DNA from: Phoronis australis | Taxonomy: Eukaryota; Animalia; Phoronida | DNA length: 64,000 nt | Reading direction: 5' to 3' | Assembly: GCA_002633005.1 (NCBI GenBank) | Contig: NMRA01000247.1 | Location: 392,958 to 456,957, forward strand | Shown here: in pieces, positions 25,301 through 38,203 of the stretch | Position numbering within the stretch: position 1 is the stretch's first letter | Layout of the letters: each line of letters opens with the position of its first letter | Translations under genes and position numbers: made by a program | The notes under the pieces: model-generated | What the model was told of the DNA's origin: nothing | The model's input: only the letters and a program-made list of their open reading frames with translations | Database searches by the model: none

Positions 25301-28300
25301 ACCCACATCTTGGCCAGGCATTCATTTCCATTGAGCAAACTACAAATCACCTGTACAGACTGAGTTCAACAGTGAGAAGGGAAATATGTTTCCTCAATGG
25401 AAGTGAATGCAAAACGAAGATGTGACTCTTTCATTATGCTGTTCAGATCACTTTCTATTGTTCAGAAGCACATACACGCCAATGGAATAGTATTGACAGG
25501 GAAAAATGTATTTCCGAAACAATCAAGGATCTGTATTTTTACTAAACGCAGCATCAAAAACAGTAACTGTTGCGTTTCCCTTCAAGACTCATTCATTTCA
25601 AACATATGCACTATTTTCATGCAGCTCAGAAAAGGAGTAACAACACAAACTTGCGTGTTTGTTTCTGTTAATGTTTTACAACTTACAATAACAATTTGCA
25701 AATTTAGGATGATGTTCTCAAATAGGGATACTGAGAGTTGGTGGAACAAACAAAAACTTTACAATGTATGATTTGAAAGAGGAGAGGTTTACATTACGCA
25801 AGCAGTCTCATAATTTTAGACACTGATATTGTCTCAAATGACCAAACATTCTTGTAACTTTCCAAGAAAATATTTGATTTCAGTGTCCAAAACTGATGAA
25901 AGTAAATATTCTAGCTTCTATTTACCATCCAATATTGATATGTTGGGCAGCATGTCCAAGACGTTTCTTTTATAAGATGTGTTCATACAGACAGGGTTCG
26001 TCAGATCTCTTACGTTGTCTCGCAGTCTTAGTTCCGTGAAATTTTCCAGGCAACTCAATGTCCTCAGTGTTTCAACCCTGAAAACATGGAACACGCAATG
26101 AATAAAAGCAAAGCTTGTGTCAGTATATATAATATAAATTAGTAGGCATAAAAATCTCTTAGTCACGTAAATGGTAGTTAAGCTAAGATTCACCATGCCT
26201 ATTGACTAGCACTGCCATTACAGTGAAGAGTTATTTACCACACATCAGGCATGTTGGGATATCTTCAGTTTCAAGAAATCTCAATAGACCAGTCCTTAAT
26301 TGAACTCCCCTCTTTTGTGGAGGTACTTTTCAAAATGTCAGACCCTCCTGAGCTGATGAACAAGGGAAGACCAATACACTGCACAATCAGCACTGATATT
26401 TACCCTTTTTGTCTAGTTTTTGGTGTCAGCAGTACAGCTCAAAAAGCAATAATACAAGTATACTTGTATGAGACAGTGCCTAGTAACAGGTGCATGTGAA
26501 GAAGCAGGACAACTGCTTGACACCTGTGTTGCAGTGCAGGAAAATACCTTAGAGTGAGAGTGGTGCTGACCTATTTCCAGGCGAGCTTATTCAAAGCCAT
26601 TGAAGAGTCAAGACCTCAGAAATAATTTGTGTGATTGGTGGCCTATTTGGTAAGAAGTCTGTTCTCTAGTTATTCATTAGATACAGATACCGTCATGAAA
26701 AACACTGGTTGTACTTTTTCCGATATGGTGGAAACCTGCCTGTTCACAAACATCCAGTAAGTCTGATTCAGTAGACAATAGCAACATAGCATGATTATCT
26801 AGCGCAAATTATCAAGAACATACCCGCCGATGAGATTCCCAGCTATATTAAGGTTCATTAGGTGATCCATTGCCTGCAGTCCTTCTACAAAATAGGGTCA
26901 ATTACTTTTAGAAATGAAATAACAGAGGAATCTAACAGAACAACAAAGAGGATTGTTAAGACAGGGCTTGGAATGACCAATGACAAAAAACGCGGAAACT
27001 TTTAAGGCCCAGCCTTGAAATAGTCGATGTGAACCTTTCGCCGACAAAAATCGGTAGGACTAAATAAAAAAAAAAAAACGTTACCACCATATCAGTAGCA
27101 TGCGTCTGCGTGTCTTTTTATCTCGTCCATCCACTCCTCCACTCCAGCCCCCACACATTTTTGGCTGCAGAGCCATAGTATTTGTCAACGCGGTTTACAA
27201 TCACACGAGACGCACTTGAAAATCCAACCACGCTATCCCAGATGCCCCGGCAATGTTGACAATTTACGTTCCTCCGAAACATAAAGAGCAACTTCCGCTT
27301 TTCAAGGTGAACATCGTCGGCAACGCCGCGGTAAATAAGGAATTTGCCGCGGAAATTTTATATCAAATCCGATTTTTTTACGCGGAAATATAATAAAATG
27401 CGCGGACAGAACATTTGAAAAAAGCGGAAATCCGCGTTTCCGTGGAAAATTCCAAGCCCTGTTAAGAACATGACTTTTAAGGAATCCATTGCAGGATTTT
27501 GAGTTATGGGGGGCCAGAGCAGAGTTTTAGCCAGGATTTTGCCCGTCAGACATTCGCACCCCCGTACTGCCGAATCGAATCTGGGAGAATTTTAGGGGGG
27601 GTCATGGCCCCCTTGGCCCCCCTCTAAATCCGCCACTGCATTGAGCAGCTATTTATATGTTAATAATACAGTCTAACATGTAGACAGTGAATCCTTGCAG
27701 TTAAAGCAGCATGTTTAGCTGTCAATGATGAATTATTGACCAAAGTGCTTTGGGGTTTAAAAACAATTAACACTGATTATACGAACTGTTGCCAATTGAG
27801 CCAGCACCTCAAGTCACAGGCAATGCGCTCAAGCGCATTTTCTGACACTGCAATTTTAAGGTATGCCAACTCCAAATAAACTCTGAAGCGTTTCCTTGAA
27901 CTGTTGATGGTTATGACATTCTTATCGCGAGAGTAAAAACCCCAATTTGATTTCAATTTTAGCAAGTTAAACAATGCAGCTTTAATGCCTTCATCATAAA
28001 TATTAGATAGTACACATCTTGTATTGGGATCTTTGGTAAACACAGGGATGCAAATCGTGTTTCTTATGGCTGTGATTTGGCCTAAGACAAATAAAACATA
28101 TAATCTAAGGGAGTATACGTCAGTTCACTATGTATAAAATGATATGTCACAAAATAGGGTGAACTTTGAGCTGCAGCAATGATTTAAAGGTAATTTTGGG
28201 CCAAAAATCATGCTGTTCCCATCTAGGGTTGAGAACTTGTTGAGGGTTAATGGAGAAGTATCCAGGTTTTCCTAACACAAAACGAAGCATTAAACTGACC

Positions 28301-31300
28301 CTTAGATTTCACATAGCCATAATATGTCCGAATACCAATTAAACAAATTACTAGTGTAGTTTTAAAGTATTTTGAAAGAACTATAGCAGGGAACCAAAAC
28401 ATACCCAGAGAAGATATTCTGTTAGCTGACAAATCCAATATAACCAGATTTAACAGTCCAGAGATTGGAATTAGCCTTGTGATGTCATTCCTTGAAAGAT
28501 CTAGCGTCTCAAGAGAAGAACACTCCCCAATGCAGCCAAGGTCAACAACACCTGAAAGGACAGAGAGAATAGTTGCCATGACATCGACCTGTGACAAATA
28601 GCTAAAACACGCTTAAACAGCTGAGCTTGGTTTCACAAGCTTTACTGCACCGCAGGATGTCAAAAGCATTGTTTCTTATTTCATAACTGACTGCAAACTG
28701 AACCACATGATTTTGTACTGAAATGCTGCGATTCGAGTGTTAACCATGTTGAACTCTGAAGCTCAATTATTTTGCAGAAGCCTCACTGAACAGAGGGATG
28801 GGAGTAGAATATTTTTAATTTTGACGCCTTCCTTAGTGAATGCTTTATTTGTCTTGTAGAATATAGCAAATACCATACGTGTAACTCTTAACTGTTGTGG
28901 CAGCACATAGGTGACTTTCATTTCATCCAATTTCAAATTCTCGTAAATAGAACTGGGCTGCCTGAGTTGACAAAGACATAATGAATTTTTTTCACTCATG
29001 GACATTTCGCAAATTTGGAACTGTTTACACAAATCTTACGGATAACCTTTCACATAGCAGTGGTAATGTGATAACATTAAAAAAATTCAGTGAATTCCCA
29101 CTGGCCATTCACGTCACAGGAAACTCTAGGTGGCGCTGAGAATTTTTCCAAAAAAAATTGCCACCATCTAGTGATACAATTTATTTGTTTTCGTGACACA
29201 CAAACTCTGAATGACTATTAAGACAAATTAAAGCACAACGTACAAAATACAGCATGGAGAACAGACACTTTGCTCATACAAACCCAATTCAAACAACATT
29301 GACAACAGAAACTTTGCTCATACAAACCCAATTCAAACAACATTGACAACAGACACTTTGCTCACACAAACCCAATTCAAACAACATTGACAACAGACAC
29401 TTTGCTCATACAAACCCAATTCAAACAACATTGACAACAGACACTTTGCTCATACAAACCCAATTCAAACAACACTGAGAACAAACACTTTGCTCATACA
29501 AACCCAATTCAAACAACATTGAGAACAGACACTTTGCTCTTACAAACCCAATTCAAACAACACTGAGAACAGACACTTTGCTCATACAAACCCAATTCAA
29601 ACAATCATAGGAAGGTGGGCATGAAGGTAAATTTTTGTCTGTTAGAACTGGCGTGCGTTCAGTAGACGCTAGGACCTACGCTAGGACCTAGCTAAAACCT
29701 AGTCAAAGTCACGTGTTCTCATTTAAAATACACAGCAATGTCTCACGTAATCTCGCGAAGTCTTGCTTTTTAGCGAGGTCCTAGCATTACTGAACGGGAG
29801 GCAGGTATCAATCTCAGGGCAACTGAGAGGTCAAAGGTTAGAACTGGTATCAATCTCAGGGCAACTGAGAGGTCAAAGGTTAGAACTGGTATCAATCTCA
29901 GGGCAACTGAGAGGTCAAAAGCAAAACTGGCGTCGACCAAGGGAATTGTACTCACATTTGTTTTGCCCCTAACTAAAGCATGTCTTCCTATGCATATAAG
30001 GACTATTTCAAAGAATCATTTCATGTCACTTACCCATTTCAACCAATGACAGTGAGTGAATACTTTCCAAGTCAAACTCCCCACTCACAGACTTGAGCAG
30101 ATTCCTAGTTATCTTGCCATCTAGAAACATGAGAATGGGACAAGTATTAGTTATTACAATTAATAATTTTATTGTGCAGTGCCATATCCCAGACCAGAGA
30201 TCCAATGACATATTTCTATACCCATGGGCTTGTATTAGACGCAGGTAGTTGAGTAGCTTTGCTGGCGATTTGGCAATTTTCTTATTGCATGTACAATCAA
30301 TGATGTAGGCGTAATTGCAACTTAGGACAGGATAAGAAAGATTTTAGTGCCAACCTGAAGATGAGAAGGTTTGCTAATGACAAGAGTGGACAGTTGATTT
30401 GGTATGGATGGCTGAAGTTGGGCACTTTGCTTTCATACAATCTGGAGAGAAGTGTCCGTCAAGGAATTCCAAAGATACAGAAAAAAACAGACAAAACTAA
30501 AATTGCCACAATTCGTGACTGTCAGAAAGTCGTCATCCGACGTCAGTCATAGAAATACATTTTGCCAAATTTAACATCAGATACATCTTGCTGAGGACTT
30601 AGAAGATACAGCCGCGGGTGCAAAAAATGCTACTAGGAAGTACCACAGCAGTCAGAGGTGCCCGAAAATTATCGTCAGATGTCCCTTCTCAATAGAAATG
30701 CATATGGCAATTTCCATAATCACCCTTAGAGTGATCTGGCCAAAGGAACGGTGGACACCAGACTCAAAAACAGTAATAATGGCAATTAGGTGACAGGAAA
30801 TATGTCAAATCAACCAGAAAATGGGGGGGTGGTATTGTCTCCCTAATAGATTTGCCAAATTTCATGAAAATCCGTTATCATTACGGAACTCTGAAGACAC
30901 AAAAACAAAAGTAAAATTGCCACTAGGGGGCACACCAGAAGTTAGATGTGTCCAAAAATTTGCCCCTGCCACTTTATTCATGAAAGGAACATATCTGCAA
31001 AATTTAACGAGCATCCATAAAGCTAAGGGTTTTGTAGATACGGAACTACAGACAATGGATGAACAGGGATGACAGCATAATAAAAGGCCCTTTCCCATAC
31101 AGTTAACTTTGCTAGTTACCGAATCTTCGAAGTTAACTATGGTTAATCGCAAAGTTAAGCATTAGTGTTCCGATCAGCTTACGAGTTATAGTTCAGTGAA
31201 GTTATCACAAGGAGGCTCTGATATGTACGTCCTTGCTGTTTTTGACAGTGCTTAATGGCAACAACCTCTCCCTCTCCCCAGATGGAAACTATAACGTCAA

Positions 31301-32161
31301 CTTCATAAGGCAGCCAATAATTGCCATGTTGGGACGATGATGATGCATATGCGCACCCAGCCTTCAATATGGGGAGGGGGGCTCGAATTCCTGACGTTGC
31401 GGACCTTTTGGTAACAAATGTTGTAATCGTCAACATCATTCATCCTTTATCTTTCTGTGGTGTCTTGTGATTTGTCAGTTTTATGGTTCCCCGGATGCTT
31501 GTTTTATTTAAACTGCTGGCGGTAACCCTGCTGGCAGTCTTTCAGCAAGCAATCAGGATGTCAGGGATGGGCACCTGGATTGGGTTTTATTGAAGCTTGA
31601 ATAGCTGTGTTTTAACTGGTGAGTACTTCTAGAGGCCTAGCTAGTGAACCTGCAGTAATACAACACAAAAAAGCGGGCAGACTAAAAAAAAAAAACGGGG
31701 GCACCACTGTGAATTCCGCATTTGTGCTTGTTCTTGTTTAATGAACTTTTGTCACATTTTCTCAGACTTCTTGTTTCTCAGAGGCGGACCTTTGCGCCCA
31801 CTTCGCCAAATGGAGCCCCCCCCCCGGGTGTGCGCATGTGATGCACTTGAACATGACCTGTCAAAAAATTTGGCTCTTGAGCAGGCTAACAAAGCAGTAA
31901 CAGCTGATCCACACAAAGCAAAGGCCGTAGGCGTAGGGCATGGCGGGAACTCATGTTGCGTACACTAAACATTCAGTGAATTTTTTAATGTAAAGAATTC
32001 AGCAAATACGTGGATGAATTGAAACAGAATGATTATTATATTATATACTGATAACTGATGGCATCGAAGTTAAATCCACCTTTTTAATTCGGAGTTAACT
32101 TGTGCTGTTTACAAAACATATATCGTCGAGGGCTGATTAACTCACCGTTGATAAAACTCAT
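22358..32161 (-). CDS. LRRC61: Leucine-rich repeat-containing protein 61, 7 coding exons, 251 aa
   Basis: Exons 32161-32146, 30120-30034, 28551-28405, 26884-26824, 26077-25926, 23157-22957 and 22449-22358 are all GT-AG and phase-consistent (756 nt). Translation MSFINDGKITRNLLKSVSGEFDLESIHSL...DLGCIGECSSLETLDLSRN...LNIAGNLI...LRLRD...LTNPVC...ILDGERLKGKGSELFKLCDELDKSL...W...GFWE parallels human LRRC61 as recalled (LLKSRTGEFSLESI, LGECLGLEWLDLS, DGERVIGRGSEFYQLCRDLD). The first exon is the least certain. Confidence 0.93.
23465..25195 (-). mobile_element. Helentron-associated non-autonomous element (HINE/DINE-1-like) with central tandem repeats, inside an LRRC61 intron
   Basis: One end has AACAAG, a small hairpin CAACGC-GGA-GTGTTG and the subTIR ATGCGCCCAC (23490-23499). 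The other end has a GGAC/GACG microsatellite-like tract, a hairpin at 25161-25190 containing the matching GTGGGCGCAT, and an A-run. Between them are about 150-bp subunits arranged as roughly 430-450-bp higher-order repeats. Confidence 0.75.
26962..27461. mobile_element. 500-bp hAT-like MITE with 6-bp TSD
   Basis: Perfect TIRs CAGGGCTTGGAAT / ATTCCAAGCCCTG, flanked by TTAAGA on both sides (26956-26961, 27462-27467), with many subterminal GCGGAA motifs. Confidence 0.85.
27492..27638 (-). mobile_element. Short copy of the GTGGCGGATT MITE family with 5-bp TSD
   Basis: Ends AAATCCGCCACTG; flanked by CATTG (27487-27491, 27639-27643); the internal sequence is the reverse complement of the 6721 and 8227 copies. 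Confidence 0.7.
29261..29604. repeat. 44-bp minisatellite, about 8 copies, intronic
   Basis: Unit ACAGACACTTTGCTCATACAAACCCAATTCAAACAACATTGACA, head-to-tail. Confidence 0.95.
29656..29797. mobile_element. Small foldback MITE
   Basis: Inverted arms CGTTCAGTA..GCTAGGACCT..GCTAAAA and TTTTAGCGAGGTCCTAGCATTACTGAACG. Confidence 0.55.
29804..29920. repeat. 42-bp tandem repeat, about 3 copies
   Basis: Unit GGTATCAATCTCAGGGCAACTGAGAGGTCAAAGGTTAGAACT. Confidence 0.9.
30440..31110 (-). mobile_element. Diverged copy of the HINE-like repeat at 23465-25195
   Basis: Shares AAAATTGCCACTAGGGGGCACACC, AAATTTCATGAAAATCCGTT and AAATTATCGTCA blocks. Further eroded copies lie at about 39150-39500 (opposite orientation) and about 43757-43960. 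Confidence 0.6.
31346..31838. mobile_element. MITE of the 13167 family, interrupted by an insertion of about 260 bp
   Basis: Termini CATATGCGCACCC / GGGTGTGCGCATG with TSD TGATG on both sides. Similarity to the 13167 copy breaks at about 31420 and resumes at about 31685. Confidence 0.7.
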
Positions 32162-32239
32162 TCTTGTGACATTGGAGTTAGGCCTACATATTCAACAGCT
32201 AGGCCTATTAACTGCACATCTTTCGTGCGTTGCTGAAGC

Positions 32240-32480
32240 GACAGTTTACTAGTGTGCACTATCAACAACAATATTACCGGTAATTTGGTTAAAATATCTG
32301 AAGTCTGATAATAAGTTTTCACAAAGTTATATATTATATAGTACTTTATTTCATTTTTGTCAATATTTAAACATTTGAGAAGTATTAGATTGCTTTAGTA
32401 CTCGCTTAATTTTGTTTTGTAAAATAATATTTTCTAGTAACATGACGTCACTTTGATCACATGACCTGGAAGTAGAAGGT
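32240..32480. promoter_or_regulatory. Putative bidirectional promoter between LRRC61 and ATP6V0E, with a probable non-coding first exon of ATP6V0E
   Basis: CRE TGACGTCA (32443-32450), CLEAR/M-box-type E-box TCACATGAC (32457-32465), ETS-like GGAAGT (32468-32473), and a plus-strand donor AAG|GTAACA at 32478/32479. It lies about 300 bp upstream of the LRRC61 ATG. The ATP6V0E ATG exon begins with an acceptor, so an upstream exon must exist. Confidence 0.55.
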
Positions 32481-32647
32481 AACAGTGGTTTTCTGTGACT
32501 GCTTTAATTCTTCGTTATTGATTCTCGTTTGCATTGTATATTCATCTAAGGCCTATCCCATGAAACAATTTTCATAAAACCGCGACGTCGTCTTCGTTGA
32601 AAACTTGTGACTTTCTTCAGTTTGTTGTCAAGTCGAGAAATTCGTCG

Positions 32648-35260
32648 CAGCGTAGACTGTGACTGTCTACTGCCAGGCACCGCCAGTAGAGACGGTGGCG
32701 CTCCTATAGGCGCTTCATACGCAGGGCTCGACATAACGAGCTGCAGGTCGCATTTGCGACCTGAAATTTGGAAATGCGAGCTGAGATTTTTGTCAGCTCG
32801 TGTAAAGTCGCAAAATGCGACCTGGAATTTCCAACGAATGCGAGCTGAGTTTTTACACTTCTCAACAGATACCTGGCAAATACAAAGCAGCTCTTGTTAA
32901 TCCGACCGTTATTTGGTTGTTGCCAAATACAAGTTCAAAAGAACACTAACCGAGAACAGGCCTCCCGATGACTTGTAAGCAAGTCGCGTGAACATGGGAT
33001 ATGAAGAATCGATCTTTGACGCGTTTCATTGGCTAACACTTTCGGCCACTTTTGTAAATTCCCGGATTCGCCGAAGAAAGTTTCGGGCCACTGCTTACAC
33101 GTGATAACACTTCACAAAACAACAGTGTTTCTATTAATTCTTAAGCGATCAACTTACCAAACTTTGTGGTGGACAAAAATGCTTATTTTTCACATAAGAT
33201 GTCCTTATTACATGTACCAAACATCCACGACAATATCCCTGATATCGCACTGCGGCACCGTTAGCGCGCAAGCGGTCCCGGCAGACAATCGTGACTTAGA
33301 CTGAGATGTGCTTCTCCTTTTATCGTATTAAGACAGCCAAAGTGAAAATGACAGCCTTATTAATCGCCAAACGACGGTCACGTCTTTACTTTCAGTTGCC
33401 AAGAAATTCTCAAACCCTTTACTTGTTTCTGGGGCTACGTGCGCGAAATATGATTGTCTTTCACACATTGTTGCCAACGTAAAGTGTAGGCCTACTCCAA
33501 CGATTCAAGTGCGTGAACTCACGCGTGCGCACCACTTCAAAGAACAGCGACAGTCCTAAATGAAAGAGTATACCGGCTTGGCTCTGGTTTATTTGAAAAT
33601 GAACTCAGTTTCCCAGCGGTTATAAAAGACCCGATGTCCCGGGACCGATATAACCCAGAACTAACGTTATCCTGTTCCGATGTTTCCCGAGGTCGATGTT
33701 CTGTAAACCCTGTATTCGATGCCCGTAGCCAGCTATTGCAACTAAACTGGCACTAGATGCGAAATTGTGGTTCAAGTTAGCGAACTTTTCATTCTTCTCT
33801 TTATACACCCCCGGCAACTTTTCGCTCCCCGAACCACCTTCGCCGTAAAATGTTCAGACTCCTATAGAAACAACCTTGTTCCGGCTGAAGCGGGCAGTTA
33901 AAAAAATCATTCCGGGTGGCTAAAAAGGGTACAATGTAGTTGGTAACGATATCCAGAAAGTCACCCCTACCAGATGGAGTTTGCCTCGCAAAATCGTATT
34001 ATTATAACGTTTTTTACCATTGCAGCGTTTTAATATCTTATTACCGCAAACACTGAGGTTAACGACTATGCTCACGCACAAGCCTACTCCCTACCTTTAA
34101 AGTGTTTCATAATAAGCGCTCACTGATCTATTAAAAGTCCCCCCTGAAATTTTGAGAATTTCTAATTAAGCGCCCACAGTTCAAGCTAGCGCCCATCATT
34201 GCGCACTACAAACGACCGCGTGTGGTTTAAAATTGACACGCAGCTTATATGGTGTGTGTCAGTTTCATTTTACACAACTTCAGTTTTCAAAAACGTCTTT
34301 TCACAATATGTAAAAACCAAATCTCGGCTTTGTTTTATACCTCGGAAAGAAAGTTAACACTAGTGACGTGCGTGTCGTTTTGCGACTGACCTATTTTTTC
34401 CCGTACTTGGAAGGTATTGAAGAGCAAACTCGCGATTACCCGAGTTAGTTTGAATCGTTAACGACTTTGATGACGGCCAGTAGCAGACCAGATCTAACAA
34501 AATCCCAGATACTTTTTTCAACGGGCATTTTCTCCCTTTTCACTTCGCAAATTTAGCTACTCGAATGCACAAGTCAGTTAGAGAGCACTGATTCAACTTT
34601 CACGCCGGCAACTAGGCTTGCGCTCTAGAGACTTTCAATGGCGGTCGTGAAGAACAGTAAGGCCGTACCTGCATGAATGAAGTCAATTTTGAGATCCGAA
34701 ATTTGTGAGCATTTAACGCTGCAGGTAAGAGCATAATCTAAACATTTTCTCGATGATCTAAAAAATCTATTTTGGCGCGTTAAAATGGCGGGAAAATTTT
34801 GCGACCTGGCATTTACGAATGCGAGCTGGATTTTGAAAATGCGACCTGGGATTTTGGCTAGGTCGCAAAATGCGACCTGGCGATTTTAATAGCGTCGAGC
34901 CCTGATACGCCCGAAGCTTTTCGGAGAATTATGCCTCACACTGACTTAAACATGAAAGTCACGTTGTTATAAATACCTTTTGCGCATAGAGGGACACCTT
35001 AGGAGGCCACTGATGTATTTAATACCTTCCAACTCGAAAAAATACTCCTGTTAACAAACTTTTTCTTCGAGCAGTCCCTCGTTCAGTTCCCAAAATTGGT
35101 AATTTGCCATTTTTACAATGCGCACGGCAGGGGATATGATGTCATACCACCTGCCGCGCGCAGTGACTTTGATGTTTTAGTCAGTGCAAGGCATAATTCG
35201 CCGAAAAGCTTCCGGAATATGAATATGAAGCTCCACCGTGGTCACTGTCTAGTCGCAGCG
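32648..35260. mobile_element. Foldback MITE split by the 32722-34904 insertion
   Basis: Removing the insertion rejoins ACGGTGGCGCT..CTTCATACG|CCCGAAGCTTTTCGGAGAATTATGCCTCACACTGACTTAAACATGAAAGTCAC. This is the inverse of GTGACTTTGATGTTTTAGTCAGTGCAAGGCATAATTCGCCGAAAAGCTTC..GCTCCACCGT at 35163-35240. A related fragment lies at about 35675-35845. Confidence 0.65.
32722..34904. mobile_element. 2.18-kb non-autonomous hAT-like element with 5-bp TSD, nested in a foldback MITE
   Basis: TIRs CAGGGCTCGAC / GTCGAGCCCTG, TSD ATACG (32717-32721, 34905-34909), and clustered subterminal TGCGACCT/TGCGAGCT motifs at both ends. No intact transposase. Confidence 0.85.
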
Positions 35261-38203
35261 CTGCCAGCCTTGGTTGGTTGGCTGGTTGATTCCTCATTTC
35301 ATGGTGGTTTAGTTTGGTAGTATGTGGTACTGGGCAGTAACCAGTACGATTCGAAGGAGCGTATTTCGATATTTTAGAACATACCTGTAATACAGTCTAT
35401 ATAACAAGGGATTGTTTACTTGACCTGTTATAGGTCAAATATCATCTCACTACTCTGTTTTAATGAAAGTCTTGTTTTGGTTCTTAATGTTGCCAACCAC
35501 TCTGCTGGCTGCATGCCTTCGGCATCCTCAGGCAATGATGCATTACCTACATTGTGATTGGCTGCTAACCAACATTTGTTTGGATCACGCGTCATGTAGT
35601 GGCGACATTGAGAACTGTGACAAAACGTCCATTAAAGCAAGCTACTTGTACTACAGAACTAGACATTGACCACCAACTTTTTCTTCGAGCAGTCCTTCGT
35701 TCAATTCCCACTATCAGAAACTGATCATTTTTACACAGCGCACACCAGGGGATATGACATCATACACCCTGCAGCGCGTGAGAGGCATAATTAGCCAAAA
35801 ACCTTCCTGTGTATGAAGCACTTATAGGATCTTCACCGTCTGTAGTTCAACTAGAGATGGAGGTCAATGTCTACTACAGAACATGTAGTCGCCCCACACC
35901 TTTCTTTATGAATAGGTTCTTTATAGGTATGTTATAAATAATCAACATAAATTCCTGTGGTCTCATTGGTCAGTAATGTAACACATCTGAGGGCTGTTTT
36001 TTGAAAAGCCTATTGACTTATGTCTACAATCAGTCTACAGAAGGCTTAGTCTGGTTCATGAAATCAGGCTAAGACTAAAAGTCAGAAAATGTGTTTATAG
36101 ACTACAGCTCAAAGCTAAAAACACAGAAATCTGTTGCATGCATGGGATTAGACTAAAAGCCAAAAAAACGAAAAGATCAACGTTTGTCTACACTCTTCAA
36201 GAAACAGTGCCTAGGGTGGATTTGTGTCTTTTAGTTTTGAGTTGCAGATCATGTTTCTGACTCAGTTTTAGCCTGAATTTGTGAGACAGGCATCCGTAGA
36301 CTGATTCTTAACTAAAAGACAATTGACACCTCAAGAAATGGCCCCAGCTCTGACTCAAAGTGGAGCTGAAGGTCCATCAGATATTTAGAGCAGATTTTGG
36401 GGCAAAAATTCTTATTGAGTATGGTATGACGGTACACTCATGGAACACTGAAGTCTTACATGGTTACATTTCATTTCGTTTACCTCCCTTTGTCAAGATC
36501 CTTGTCACAGGGAGAAATTGAGGATGAATCCATGAGTCATCTGCAATCTTATCATCTGCGATCTTATGCTGTTGAGTTTTGATCTGATGTCTTATGAATT
36601 CCTTATTTTCAGCCAGACCTGCTGATACTATCATGTTCACTTGGAATTCCTATTGTTAGCTTGAGTTTGGGTAGTTAAGTGTACAGTAGTTGTTTCTAAT
36701 ATTGTAGATGGACAGCTTGTAAGTCCAGTCTTGCAGTATACCAATTAGTCCAAGCTTGATTTGAATGCCATTTGGAACACGACTTGATGCTGCAAACCAC
36801 ATACCACTCAAAGAATGCATGAAATACGACCCAGTAATTTCCTGTATGGGCTCATGGGCCTTTATTAAGGGCTTCATTGTTTGAAATGATATCCTTATTT
36901 CATTAAAAGAGGCACTGATTTCACATTCGCTGGTCACTAAATTTCTTTAAGAAAACATGATGTTTGTGTTGTTCCACCGTTGCATAGTGACGTGACCCAA
37001 GATTTTCTAAATCAGTCAATACTTACTATTATTACTCTGCATGTCCTAGTGTAGAGTAGTTTTATTCTGCGTCTTATTTTTCTTATTCTTAACCAAGTGT
37101 GAGGCTAATAAGTCCTAAACTAGGCGTGCAATTCTGATAACACGCAGTGTTTTTGGTACCTGGACTTGTTAGGTGTCGACACACATACAGTTCTTGAAAC
37201 AACCTTACACGTTGAATGACAAAACTTTGTCAAAAATGATGAGAAAGCAAAAATTCGTAGTGTCCCATGTCCCAGAATAGTAATACAATTAAAACATCAA
37301 TTCCCTTTTTCCAAACTGAAGATATTGCCTCAAATTGAAAAAAATCAAATGTTAGAAAACATAGATGCTGATGAATGCTTATACGCCCTGGTTCACACAC
37401 AAAAGAAGCTAAACTGTTGGTCACGGCTAAAATGGCGGAATCATGTTGAAATATTTGTGTACACTATGTGGCGGGTCGCTATATTTTATCATTATTCTAC
37501 CGTATTAACCTTGAGTAACAGTTTAGCTTCTTTTATTTGAAAAACATGTTTTTCACTCTCAATACTAAGTTTAGTGCCTCTTTGATGCGCTTTATGGCTA
37601 CATGTTTCACTCAAGACTGCATTCTCCCTGCACATACTGTTACATCATGCATGATATTTAGATAATCATAATCATAGTTTTAAATGTGAACATTAAAGGC
37701 CATCTGTAGACATAAGTCTTTCTTTCTCATGCCCAAATTGTCCATGCATTGATTCAGAACTTACTTTTCAACATTACAGGACGCTTTTTTACCCTGTGCC
37801 TTCTGAGAGGGAAATGGAAAATCCCCCCAACCCCAGTCACCACCAATTCCTTTCACGTTTTACAAAGTCATTTGTCTAAATCGGACAGTTTAGAAAACCT
37901 GCATGCTAAATGTGTTATCTGTTTCTATCCATTGATTTTTGTACTGCATTTTATTGCATTATTTTCAATGTAGATCTGTTTTTTCATCTGTTTGGTGAAA
38001 TAACACATTTTTGCAATTAGCACGGAATTGATAAATAAAATTTGACACGTTTTAATATGACCGTTGGTAAAATTCACATGGAAATATCCTGTTTTGTTTC
38101 TAACTCTCTTGAGCTTCACTGGATGTGACAACTTACACAAAATCATATACAAGTTTGGCCAGTCTGAATTATCTTTTTTGCTTTCAGATTTGAATCAGAA
38201 GTG

